A DNA stretch of 59,580 bases, counting the filler, from Limisphaerales bacterium (GTDB lineage Bacteria > Verrucomicrobiota > Verrucomicrobiia > Limisphaerales > SIBE01): the NCBI GenBank assembly GCA_044225505.1. It is 3 parts of 3 records of this genome, joined end to end, with 100 filler letters (N's around TTAATTAATTAA, not from the genome) between each part and the next. Parts side by side here need not be neighbours in the genome. Positions count along the whole stretch, not along the records: positions 1 to 20,416 come from JBGAIN010000153.1; positions 20,517 to 40,459 come from JBGAIN010000156.1; 1 more part is not named here. One strand, given 5' to 3'. The notes below the pieces were generated by a model. That model worked only from the letters and a program-made list of their open reading frames with translations, did not search any database and was not told where the DNA came from. The position numbers and the translations under genes were made by a program. Positions 18,782-28,001 of the stretch are shown here, in pieces; positions within the stretch are counted from its first letter, which is position 1, and every line of letters starts with the position of its first letter.

Positions 18782-20416
18782 ATGAAACCGATACGATCCA
18801 ATTCCAGTTTGGGCGGTGTTTCTGCGAGCACATTCGGGCAAGGGTGTTCTGAGAATCCGGTGCGACGCGCTGCCAGGATCCGTGAATGGATGGCAATCCT
18901 TGCCGGGACAGAGGGCGGGATTAGTCAAATTTGTGGCGCCTGCGTGCTGGCGTTCTGTTATGCGGTGCTTCCAGCGGCTCAGGCCGCGGATTTGGAGCCG
19001 AAGTCATGGACCACTGCAGATATTGGAAATCCCAGCACCGCGGGAGTTGCGTCAGTTTTGCCAAGCGAGATTGCCTTGTCGGCCGGAGGGGCTGGGATTG
19101 GCGGTAAAAGCGATCAGTTCCTTTTTAGCGCTGGCACAGCCGCGGAGGATTTCGATATCCGAGTCCGAGTATCGGTCCTAAAGAATACGGACCTGTGGGC
19201 CAAAGCCGGCTTGATGCTGCGAGCAGGCTGGGAAGCAGGTGCCCCATTCGTTGGCGTGTTTGCGACTCCTTCCGGCGCTGGATGCGTATTCCAGGTGCGC
19301 GAGACCATGGATTCGTCGGCCTCCTATCAAGGGAGTTTTCCGGCGAACCAACCGTTTGGGTGGTTGCGGTTACGGCGCGAGGGCGACGTCCTGACGGGAT
19401 ATGCCGGGTATGACGGACGCCAATGGACCATCCTCGGGAGTCGGACTATTGCATTTCAGTCGGGCAGCCTGCTCGGACTGGCAGCGACCAGCCATAGCAC
19501 CAATCAGACTCGGGCGGAGTTTCGGGAATTGGGGATTGCTTGGAACCCGATAGTGGCCCAAGTGCGCGGCCGGTTTGAACCTCTGGGGCCTTGCACCCGT
19601 CGGACGGCGCTCGTGATTTCCGAAATCATGTATCACCCACCCACCCGAGTTGACGGCCGCAATCTAGAGTTCATCGAAGTCTACAATTCACAACCCTACT
19701 ACGAGGACATCAGCGGCTGGAAGATCGCTGGAGAAGTGAACTTCACCTTTCCCGCGGGCACCTTAATTCCGGGGGGCGGGTTCCTGGTGGTCGCGGCCGC
19801 GCCGGAGGATATTCGCACGGTCTATGGCTTGGACAAGGTGCTCGGCCCATTCACAGGCAAATTGCCGAACGAAGGGGGTAAACTTCGCTTGCTTGGAGAT
19901 CGCGACGCGGTCCTGTTGGATATTGAATACAACGATAAGGCGCCTTGGCCCGAGTCGCCCGATGGCACCGGACACTCCTTGGTCTTGGCACGTCCGTCGT
20001 ATGGAGAGGGCGATGCCAAGGCCTGGGCAGCGAGCCGGATCAAAGGAGGATCGCCCGGATTTCCAGAAGCGACGGAACTCACCTCGTGGGCCGACGTGCG
20101 TATCAACGAATGCCAATGGCCAAGCCAGGGTGCAGCCGGGTTTGTGGAATTGTTCAATGCTAGCGGCGTGGAGGCGGATCTGAGCGGCCTGCGGCTTGGC
20201 CTTTCGCCGGAACCGACGAACTTCCGCATCCCGGACGGGACGACGTTAAAGAGCGGCGGTCTCTTGCACTTTTCTTGGGCTCAACTCGGGTTGGATCCGG
20301 ACAACACTGGGGAGACTGTCTATTTGGAGAGCCCGGACCAAACGCGATTTATCGATGTGGTATCGTTTGGGCCGCAAGTCCCAGGCACTTCAGCGGGACG
20401 TTGGCCCAATGGCGGC
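18782..20416 (+). CDS. Secreted lamin-tail-domain (LTD, CotH-associated type) protein, truncated by contig end
   Basis: DIGNP..G, WAKAGLMLR (DUF1349-like), VISEIMYHP..LEFIEVYN, VRINE..FVELFN..DLSG. Runs into the N-gap; start uncertain. Confidence 0.82.
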
Positions 20417-20516
20417 NNNNNNNNNNNNNNNNNNNNNNNNNNNNNNNNNNNNNNNNNNNNTTAATTAATTAANNNNNNNNNNNNNNNNNNNNNNNNNNNN
20501 NNNNNNNNNNNNNNNN
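20417..20516. other. Artificial contig linker (N44-TTAATTAATTAA-N44)
   Basis: Six-frame stop linker between N runs, identical to the one at 40460. Confidence 0.97.
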
Positions 20517-20646
20517 TTCGCGCGCCCGCCGCGTTCCTCGCTCGTTCTCCCGACCTGTCGGGACGGGTCTGCGCCTCGCTCGCGCCTTGCGGGCGCGCAA
20601 AAACCCTCGCCGCGAAAGTGCAAGGACTTAGCGGTCACCACACTAG
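20517..20646 (-). mobile_element. Partial MITE copy, inverted relative to the 22173 copy and cut by the contig end
   Basis: Near-identical reverse complement of about 22173-22302, ending AAGGACTTAGCGGTCACCACACTAG. Confidence 0.9.
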
Positions 20647-20793
20647 GGGCTGACGACGACGAGGTCCGGGGGCGGATGGACGGAGACCCGTTTGCCTCAA
20701 ACATGATCCCGTAACAAACCGCAGAAATGAAGTTGTTCGAAATCGCCGATTTGAACTAGGCTCTCTCACCAGTTTTGACTTGGAACAGGTCTC

Positions 20794-22176
20794 GTGCGCA
20801 TCGCTCTCAAATCCTTTGTTTGGCTCGCGGTCATAGCCGCCGTTGGCTCTTTCTTGCAGGCCCAGGTTTCGCCGTTACCCACTTCGACCACGGCATTGAT
20901 CGGACGATTCGGCCGCGGCCCGGTCGATCTCCCGGCCTTGGTGCAAGCGGCCGGATTTGAATCTCAGTTCGGATCGGAGCATCCGTCTTCCTGGCCAGCC
21001 GAGTTGCAAGCCCGGCAGTTCTTCGCGAGTGGCGGACTTGATCTCTACGTGGTGCGCGTCGCTGAGGCGCCACCGCTCTCGTCGGGGTTGGTTGGTGACG
21101 CGGGGAACCTGACTGGATTGCACGCTTTAGAACCGGTCGCGGAGGTTCGTCTGCTGCTGGCGCCGGAGTTGAGTCTCCTTCCCGCGGCGGACTTCGGCCA
21201 GGTAATGAGCCAATTCGAGTCTTTCCTAAAACCGCGCCGCATGTTCCTGATTCTCGATCCACCGCCCAATCTCCCCGATGCGGCGGCCGCGATCGATTGG
21301 GTAAAAGCCAATGTTCCCGAGGAGGCGTCGTGGTGCGCTCTTTACTTCCCGTATCTGAGCGTTTTGCTCAACGGGACGCGAGTGACGATCCCACCTTCGG
21401 GAACCATGGCCGCGACGTATGCGAAGGTTGATTCGTCTTTAGGCATCTGGAAAAGCCCGGCCGGAACGAGTCTGCCGTTACGAGTTGAGGCGCTGCAGCC
21501 GAGCGTCAACCAGACCGACGGGGACAACTTGAACGTCAACCAGATTTCAGCGATTCGAGAATTCCCGAACCTTGGAATTGTGCCTTGGGGAGCGAGAACT
21601 TTGGATCGAGTGAACGTTGAGAACCGCTTTATCTCCGTGGTTCGATTGCGTCAATGGATCGCTGCATCGGTGGAGCGCTTTTTGACCTTTGCCGCGGTCA
21701 AGGAAAATGATGCTGTGCTCCGGGCGGAAATCACGCAAGGAGCGCAAGATTTCCTCCAGTCGCTGTTCCTGTCAGGCGCGCTTGTGGGTAGCACCCCGAG
21801 AGAGGCTTACTTTGTTCGGTGCGATACGAGCACGACCAGTGGGGCGGATGTGGCGGAGCATCGCGTCAATGTCCTTTTGGGAGTGGCCACGCTGCGCCCG
21901 GCCGAGTTTGATTTGATCTCGCTCAGTGCCGCCACGCGGGGTGGGGCGCCGCCTTCCCCGGTGTTGCATCAGCGCATCTCGAATGGGAACTTGAGCCTGT
22001 GGTATCTGATTGCCGCTGGCTACGACTACAGCCTAGAAGAAGCCGATTCATTGAGTGGGGTGAATTGGCGAGGCATCGGCACACCCGTGCGCGGCAATGG
22101 CACTTGGGGCACAGCAAACCTGGCGATTGGAAATGGCACGGCCTTCTATCGCTTGCGGATTGAGCCGGGCCGCTAG
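20794..22176 (+). CDS. Contractile phage/eCIS tail-sheath homolog with N-terminal signal peptide and Verrucomicrobia-type FYRL C-terminal domain
   Basis: TSTTALIG..RGP, FF..GG..LYVVRV, ILDPP, ALYFP, PPSG..A..D..GIWKSPAG, AIREFP..G..WGARTL, EAYFVRCD..TT, GVATLRPAEF. Leader MRIALKSFVWLAVIAAVGSFLQA; tail YSLEEADSL...W...AFYRLR. Confidence 0.9.
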   Translation: MRIALKSFVWLAVIAAVGSFLQAQVSPLPTSTTALIGRFGRGPVDLPALVQAAGFESQFGSEHPSSWPAELQARQFFASGGLDLYVVRVAEAPPLSSGLVGDAGNLTGLHALEPVAEVRLLLAPELSLLPAADFGQVMSQFESFLKPRRMFLILDPPPNLPDAAAAIDWVKANVPEEASWCALYFPYLSVLLNGTRVTIPPSGTMAATYAKVDSSLGIWKSPAGTSLPLRVEALQPSVNQTDGDNLNVNQISAIREFPNLGIVPWGARTLDRVNVENRFISVVRLRQWIAASVERFLTFAAVKENDAVLRAEITQGAQDFLQSLFLSGALVGSTPREAYFVRCDTSTTSGADVAEHRVNVLLGVATLRPAEFDLISLSAATRGGAPPSPVLHQRISNGNLSLWYLIAAGYDYSLEEADSLSGVNWRGIGTPVRGNGTWGTANLAIGNGTAFYRLRIEPGR

Positions 22177-22454
22177 TGTGGTGACCGCTAAGTCCTTGCA
22201 CTTTCGCGGCGAGGGTTTTTGCGCGCCCGCAAGGCGCGAGCGAGGCGCAGACCCGTGCCGACAGGTCGGGATAACGAGCGAGGAACGCGGCGGGCGCGCG
22301 AAAGAACCGCCGCCCAAAGGGTTGCGCTGAAAATGGGTCCTGGCTGCGTTGCTCCTCGGTCAGAGAGCGCGGCGGCAATCCTGCGTCGTCGCGCCTCGCC
22401 AGGACCCATTTTGAGCGCAACGAAAGTATAAGGACTTAGCGGTCACCACACTAG
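22173..22454. mobile_element. MITE of about 280 bp with 34-bp terminal inverted repeats including terminal CTAG
   Basis: CTAGTGTGGTGACCGCTAAGTCCTTGCACTTTCG ... CGAAAGTATAAGGACTTAGCGGTCACCACACTAG (32/34). Non-coding, with internal hairpins. Confidence 0.9.
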
Positions 22455-23144
22455 GACGGGCTGGACGAGCGCACATCTGTGGGGAGCACCAGCCGCAAGA
22501 CTCGGGATTTTGTAACTCATTCAACTGCTGTAGTTTCAGTCGGTGAAATCGCCTTTTGGTGACAATTGTCACCTGCGGCTGATGAATTTGGGGCCGGGCC
22601 GTTCCCAAAACCGCTCGGAGCCGGAGATTTGTCGCATACCTTGTCCGCAAATTGCGGACAACCCACGCAAGTCTCACTCTTGCAACGTTGTTTTGGTCAT
22701 CGCCGACCGCCCTGGCGCAAAATTTGGACTGTCCGAGCAACGAGTTAAGAGGAACTTAGTCCTTGCGCGCCACCGCCACGCCGTCCGCTGCCGGAACGCC
22801 AGCGACTTCATGGTGGCGCGACGGAATTCAAGAGCAATTTGCTCCGGGCATGTGCGACATATCGAGCATCTAGCCAGTCAGTCTCATGTCATTGAGTTAA
22901 CAGATGAAACATCAATGGAAAACGCGAATTGCGGCGAGCGCACAGTCGGCGCCCAAGCCCAACGCCTGCTGCGTCTCCACCGCCGCGTCTTCGACTATGA
23001 TTCTCCGTCCTCTTGGCAGCTCGGCGTCTCAGCGTGAAATCCATTTCTCAGGGCAGCAACGCCGAGCGACGGCAAAACAGCGGCGAGGGGACTGCCCCTG
23101 GACGCGCTTATGCACCTGAGCCGGCTTTGGCACTCGGCTATCTA

Positions 23145-23924
23145 CTAATTCAAGGGTTGAGCTGGCGCTGACCCGGCCGGCCAAAACTCGCGCACGGTTC
23201 GCGTCCACTCGTCGGCCATGATTTGGTGGCCGGAGTAGGTCGGGTGGATGCCATCCCAAATCCAGTATTCAGCCGGTGCGGTCCGGCACGCGTCGTCGAA
23301 AGCTCGCTGAAAGCGAACCAAAGCCGCATGATATTTCTGCGCGAGTTTGGCCACGATCTCCTGCCGGTCCTTCATCCCAGCGCTCCAATGCTCCCAATCG
23401 GCTTTCTTGCTCCCCACCGGAAGGCTGAAAGGCTCGCCCAAAATCAAACGGAGATTGGGATTTATCGCTCGTGCGTCTGAAAGTAGCTGGTCATAAACGC
23501 GCTCGTATTGATCGAGTGGCATCTTAGCGCTGTGATCATTTACCCCGACCAGGATGCAGAGGACATCCGGCTTAAGGTCCAGAGTGTCCTTCTGCCAACG
23601 GGCGGCCAAGTCGGACACTTTATTGCCACTGATCCCGCGGTTGAGAAACGCGAGTTGTAATTCTGGGAAGGACGCTCCGAACTTTGCCGCAATAATGAAC
23701 ACATACCCATGGCCGAGAATATGGTTCGGGTCGTCGTTTCGGCCACGATTGCCGTCTGTGATCGAGTCGCCTTGAAACAGAATCCGGGCGCTGGGCTGGA
23801 AGATGGCCGATGGCTTCATGGAAGGGGCGGGTTCCCCTACCGCCGACATCGTGAGAACACTGATCAACAGTAATTGAAGGTGGCTGCCCGTGCTTTTGCT
23901 CAAGGGAGCGATGAATGAGTCCAT
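23145..23924 (-). CDS. SGNH/GDSL family esterase/lipase
   Basis: FQGDSITDG, NRGISG, LVGVND, DGIHP blocks; start uncertain. Confidence 0.93.
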   Translation of the reverse strand: MDSFIAPLSKSTGSHLQLLLISVLTMSAVGEPAPSMKPSAIFQPSARILFQGDSITDGNRGRNDDPNHILGHGYVFIIAAKFGASFPELQLAFLNRGISGNKVSDLAARWQKDTLDLKPDVLCILVGVNDHSAKMPLDQYERVYDQLLSDARAINPNLRLILGEPFSLPVGSKKADWEHWSAGMKDRQEIVAKLAQKYHAALVRFQRAFDDACRTAPAEYWIWDGIHPTYSGHQIMADEWTRTVREFWPAGSAPAQPLN

Positions 23925-24110
23925 GAGGGCGCGATCGTGGCACAGACCCAGCGACATTGCTGGAAGATTCTTTTTGCCTTTGCCGCTAAGAACTGTTGGT
24001 CGGACTCGAATGGCCCATTCTCCGGGATCTCCATGGGAGGTTTATCCAGGATGAACTGGATCCGCGCTGGCCGTCGGCTAAATACGAATTTAGCGGCTGA
24101 GCTAGCGCCA

Positions 24111-25706
24111 TCAATGGGCGCCAACCGCATCGAGAGGTGGCTGGATAGGCAACTCGTAGCAGACCGCTTCGCGGTCGTTGCGGACCAGCAAATAGCGGCC
24201 TGCCAGGGTGGGATAATTCCAGGTTTTGCTGCTCAATGCAGGCCAGCGCGCGACTTCTTTGAACTGGTCGGGGTTGGCCTCGACCAGCGCGACTGCACCG
24301 GGCTCACTCTGAACCAGGATGAAGTCTCCGGCTAGCAGGGTTTGTCCGGAGCCATAGCGCCCATCTTTCCAGTGGCGTTTTCCGGTGGCGATTTCGATGC
24401 AGGCGAGCAACCCGTCATCCAAGCCGTAGATGTAACCCTGGCGATTGGCGGCACTATTAAACTGGGTTTTCATCATTTGGTTACGCCAGAGCGCGTGGAC
24501 CGTCAGGGTGGTGGGAGAGACCGCTTTAATCTCCAGCAACGCGCAGCCCACGCCATAACCTGCAGAAATGAAGACATGATTCTCGTCCAGCACGATCGGC
24601 TGTGATGCTTTGGGAAACCCGTCGCTACCCCAGGGATAGTTGAGCCTCTCTTTGCCGGTCGCCGGATCGTGAACGGTGAAACTCGCGGCGTTGACAGAAA
24701 GGATAACATCTTGGCCAGCCACGCGGGCCAAGATGGGCGAGGCGTAGCTGGCTTTGTCACTTCCGGAGGTCCAAAGCGGTTTTCCAGTCTCGCGCTCGTA
24801 TGCAATCAGCGTGGGTCCATTGGTCAATCCTCCAGTGACCAGGACGGTATTACCGTACACGAGTGGCGAACAGCTGACACCCCACACCAGGTTGGGCAGT
24901 CGGTGCTCAGCTAAGACGTCCCGTGACCAGACCGTTTCCCCAGAGGCGGCGTTGAGGCAATCCAGAAGGCCTGTAGCGCCGTAACTGTAAACGTTCGATG
25001 CCGTTACCGTGGGAGTGGCCCGCGGACCTTCTCCAGCTTGCCATTGGAAGAATCGGACTTGGTTGGTGTGAGCCCAAATCAGCTCACCGGAGAGTAGATC
25101 GTAGCAGGTCACTAATTCGATTTCGCCGCGTTGCTCTTGAGTATAAGCCCGTCCCTTGGCGACAGCGAATGAAGACCAGCCACTCCCAATAGGCTGACGC
25201 CAGAGCTCTTTCGGGGGCGACGCAGACCAATCCGTCACGAGTTTGACCCTTCCCGCGCGACCGTCGCGAGACTCGCCAAAAAACTGGGGCACGTCCGGGA
25301 TATCGGATGTGGTCAACGTGGCAGGAGGCACGTGTTCCGGGGCTAACTTCGTACGCAATTCAGGTGCTGCCTCCCGTGGAGATGAGTGTTTCCAAACAAG
25401 GCGAGGCAGACCGGAACCATCGATTGTCCCATCGATACGAAGTGTCCGATACACGCCAAACCCAGCGAGTGCCAGCAAGAGCACAGTGGCAAGGCGGGTC
25501 TTCCAGCTGAATCGGCTGAGGAGCAGAAGCCAAAGCAGCATTAGCAGGAGACTCAAAAGAGCGACTCCAAACGCTACCCAGACCTTGAACATGAGCTCCA
25601 ATTCCGGGCGGCTCCAGGTGACGACCAGGGCAATGATCGCAAGGAACACCACGCTTCCGAGAAACCAGAGCCGATGACTTTTGCGGACTTCGGAGGAATG
25701 GCTCAT
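24111..25706 (-). CDS. Membrane-anchored PQQ-binding-like (BamB-type) beta-propeller protein
   Basis: Three N-terminal TMs; QFFG..RDG, LWRQPIGSGWSS, GPRATP, SYASP, KTWNYP. Confidence 0.88.
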   Translation of the reverse strand: MSHSSEVRKSHRLWFLGSVVFLAIIALVVTWSRPELELMFKVWVAFGVALLSLLLMLLWLLLLSRFSWKTRLATVLLLALAGFGVYRTLRIDGTIDGSGLPRLVWKHSSPREAAPELRTKLAPEHVPPATLTTSDIPDVPQFFGESRDGRAGRVKLVTDWSASPPKELWRQPIGSGWSSFAVAKGRAYTQEQRGEIELVTCYDLLSGELIWAHTNQVRFFQWQAGEGPRATPTVTASNVYSYGATGLLDCLNAASGETVWSRDVLAEHRLPNLVWGVSCSPLVYGNTVLVTGGLTNGPTLIAYERETGKPLWTSGSDKASYASPILARVAGQDVILSVNAASFTVHDPATGKERLNYPWGSDGFPKASQPIVLDENHVFISAGYGVGCALLEIKAVSPTTLTVHALWRNQMMKTQFNSAANRQGYIYGLDDGLLACIEIATGKRHWKDGRYGSGQTLLAGDFILVQSEPGAVALVEANPDQFKEVARWPALSSKTWNYPTLAGRYLLVRNDREAVCYELPIQPPLDAVGAH

Positions 25707-25975
25707 AGAGTCAACGGACCAACGGTTCGACGCTTTGGAGCGCTAGACGACCCACAACAGGGTAGCCATCGACAGCGGTCCGTGGCGTTGCAGGATTGGT
25801 ACGTCGTTCAGAGCCAGCGCTTGAAAAAGTTACAACCATACCAACCCGCCTGCAACTGGAAGGCTGACCGAACGGATCTGGCCGTCAAGGTAATCCTGGA
25901 GGGTCGGACGAGCGCCAAGTCGGGCAGTTCGGTGCCAAGTCCGCTTGACGGACGCGGAGGGATTTCGAAAAGAGT

Positions 25976-26003
25976 GAGGAACCCCAATCGATTGGGGTTC
26001 CTC
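25976..26003 (-). terminator. Intrinsic terminator downstream of hcp
   Basis: Perfect 28-bp palindrome GAGGAACCCCAATCGATTGGGGTTCCTC followed by CTCTTTTC on the minus strand. Confidence 0.7.
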
Positions 26004-26035
26004 TGTCGTGCCGTCGAGATTTATTGCAGTGCGCC

Positions 26036-27691
26036 TCAGGCAGCCGGGGCGAGCATGGCTTTCAGGTCTTCGTCCGGTGTCCGAATCGGCATCAGATTGA
26101 ACTTATCGACGAGAACTTTAAGAACGTTTGGAGTGACGAATGCCGGCAATGTCGGTCCGAGGCGGATGTTGCGAATGCCGAGGTGCAAAAGGGTCAGCAA
26201 GATCGCCACGGCCTTCTGTTCGTACCAGGAGAGAACGAGACTAAGCGGGAGATCGTTAACGCCCACGCCGAACGCTTTGGAAAGTGCCACCGCGATCTGA
26301 ATGGCCGAGTAGGCATCGTTGCACTGCCCGATATCGAGGAGTCGAGGCAGTCCTGCGACGGTCCCGAAATCGAGTTTGTTAAAGCGATACTTGCCGCAGG
26401 CCAGCGTTAGAATGACGCAATCCTTGGGTATCCGCTCGGCGAGATCGGTGTAGTAATCACGACCGGTACGTGCTCCGTCGCAGCCGCCCACCAGGAAAAA
26501 GCGTTTGATGCTTCCGTCTTTGACGGCGGCGATGACTTTATCGGCGACGCTGAGAACCGCATTATGCCCAAAGCCGACGAGGATGGTTTTGTCCGGGCCA
26601 TCTTCACTAAACCCCGGTTCGGCTAGCGCCGCGTCGATCAAGGGTTTGAAATTGCGATCGGAAATGTGCTGCATCCCCGGCCACCGGACCAGGCCGGCGG
26701 TGAAAATGCGTCGAGCGTAACACTCGGCCGGTTTCTGCAGACAGTTGGTTGTCATGAGAATAGACCCTGGGAACTTGGCAAATTCGTCTTTTTGATCTTG
26801 CCATGCGCCGCCGTAATTGCCGGCCAAGTGTTTGTACTTCTTGAGCGCTGGGTATCCATGAGCGGGCAGCATTTCGCCGTGGGTGTAGATGTTAATGCCG
26901 AGCCCGTCGGTCTGTTTTAGGAGTTCTTCAAGATCTTTAAGATCGTGTCCGGAGACCAGGATGGCCTTCCCTTTGAGCGGTTCCACGCGAACTGGAGTAG
27001 GGACTGGATGCCCGTAAGCGCCCGTATGCGCGCCGTCCAGCAACGCCATCACTTGGAGATTCACATTGCCGCATTCCAAGCAAAGCTGGAAGAGTTGATC
27101 AACTGTCGGGGCCTCTTCGGCCAGATATGCTAAAGCCTTGCTGAAAAAGGCGTAAGCCACCTCGCTTTCGTGTCCGAGAACCGTGGCGTGGTGCGCATAG
27201 GCGGCCGTACCCTTGACTCCGTAGAGAAGCAATTCCTGCAGTCCGGACAGATCCGATCCGAGTTCCTGCCGGCGGAACGGAAAGGCGATCAACTCAGCTT
27301 GCCGGAGCAGCCCGGAAGGTTCAGTTGCCGGTCGCCACGTTGCCGGACCCCGCGCAGGCAATGGGGGAGATTTCTGCGATTTTTGCGCGGCGGCCTCGTA
27401 AGCTTTGCGCGCCCGGTCGCGAACCGAGCTGGCGTCGTGGACCATTTTCGCGATGGTCGCTTGATCGAAGTTCACATTCGTCACCGTGGTAAAGAGCGCT
27501 TCAACGATGAAGCGATCCACCAAAGGATCAATGGCTCCGAGCGTTCGCGCGGCGTGATTCCATTGGGCAATCCCTTTTGCCGCATGAACCAGGAGGTCCT
27601 GCAGCTTGGCCGACTCTTCATCTTTGCCGCAGACGGAAAAGTCCGTGCAACCGGTTCCTTTGGAGGTTTGTTCACACTGGTAGCAGAACAT
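26036..27691 (-). CDS. hcp: Hydroxylamine reductase / hybrid cluster protein
   Basis: MFCYQCEQT..GC...VCGK, LFTTVTNVNFD, YTHGEMLPAHGYP, GGCDG, GQCNDAYSA, LSWYEQKAV. Confidence 0.97.
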   Translation of the reverse strand: MFCYQCEQTSKGTGCTDFSVCGKDEESAKLQDLLVHAAKGIAQWNHAARTLGAIDPLVDRFIVEALFTTVTNVNFDQATIAKMVHDASSVRDRARKAYEAAAQKSQKSPPLPARGPATWRPATEPSGLLRQAELIAFPFRRQELGSDLSGLQELLLYGVKGTAAYAHHATVLGHESEVAYAFFSKALAYLAEEAPTVDQLFQLCLECGNVNLQVMALLDGAHTGAYGHPVPTPVRVEPLKGKAILVSGHDLKDLEELLKQTDGLGINIYTHGEMLPAHGYPALKKYKHLAGNYGGAWQDQKDEFAKFPGSILMTTNCLQKPAECYARRIFTAGLVRWPGMQHISDRNFKPLIDAALAEPGFSEDGPDKTILVGFGHNAVLSVADKVIAAVKDGSIKRFFLVGGCDGARTGRDYYTDLAERIPKDCVILTLACGKYRFNKLDFGTVAGLPRLLDIGQCNDAYSAIQIAVALSKAFGVGVNDLPLSLVLSWYEQKAVAILLTLLHLGIRNIRLGPTLPAFVTPNVLKVLVDKFNLMPIRTPDEDLKAMLAPAA

Positions 27692-27781
27692 GTTCGGTAT
27701 CTTGTTTCAGGTTTACTCACGGAGCTCTCGTCATGAGTGCCAGCCGCGCGTTTTGTTTATGCGCAAACCCAGGTCGAAACT

Positions 27782-27795
27782 TTGATGTGAATCAA
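27782..27795. promoter_or_regulatory. FNR/Dnr/HcpR-type (CRP family) binding site upstream of hcp
   Basis: TTGATGTGAATCAA is a perfect TTGAT-N4-ATCAA, about 90 bp upstream of the hcp start. Confidence 0.8.
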
Positions 27796-28001
27796 GAAAC
27801 GCGGCGTTACGGAAGGAGATCGCACGTCCCTCAGCGGAAGACAGACCATCGAAGCGGAGCGGAATGAGCTTCGCGGAGAATAAGAAAAGCGGAGGGACGA
27901 TCGCAACGCGAGCTCGGCGAGTCGGCGGGGAGGGGGAGGTCGCAGGACGCGGCCGGCCTACGACTCAGCGCGGCCGCGTTTGAAGCAGATTTGCAGCGGG
28001 C

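Noticed and set aside
20461..20472. TTAATTAATTAA palindrome (also 40504-40515)
   Set aside because: Synthetic six-frame stop linker, not biological.
20585..20598. CCTTGCGGGCGCGC resembling the tRNA-Arg 3' end (possible att site)
   Set aside because: Short, GC-rich, part of a MITE hairpin and on a different contig.
22543..23037. 164-aa ORF downstream of the MITE (checked as a possible sheath partner)
   Set aside because: No tube or baseplate motifs. The opposite strand has only a faint, stop-riddled LamG-like resemblance, too weak to call.
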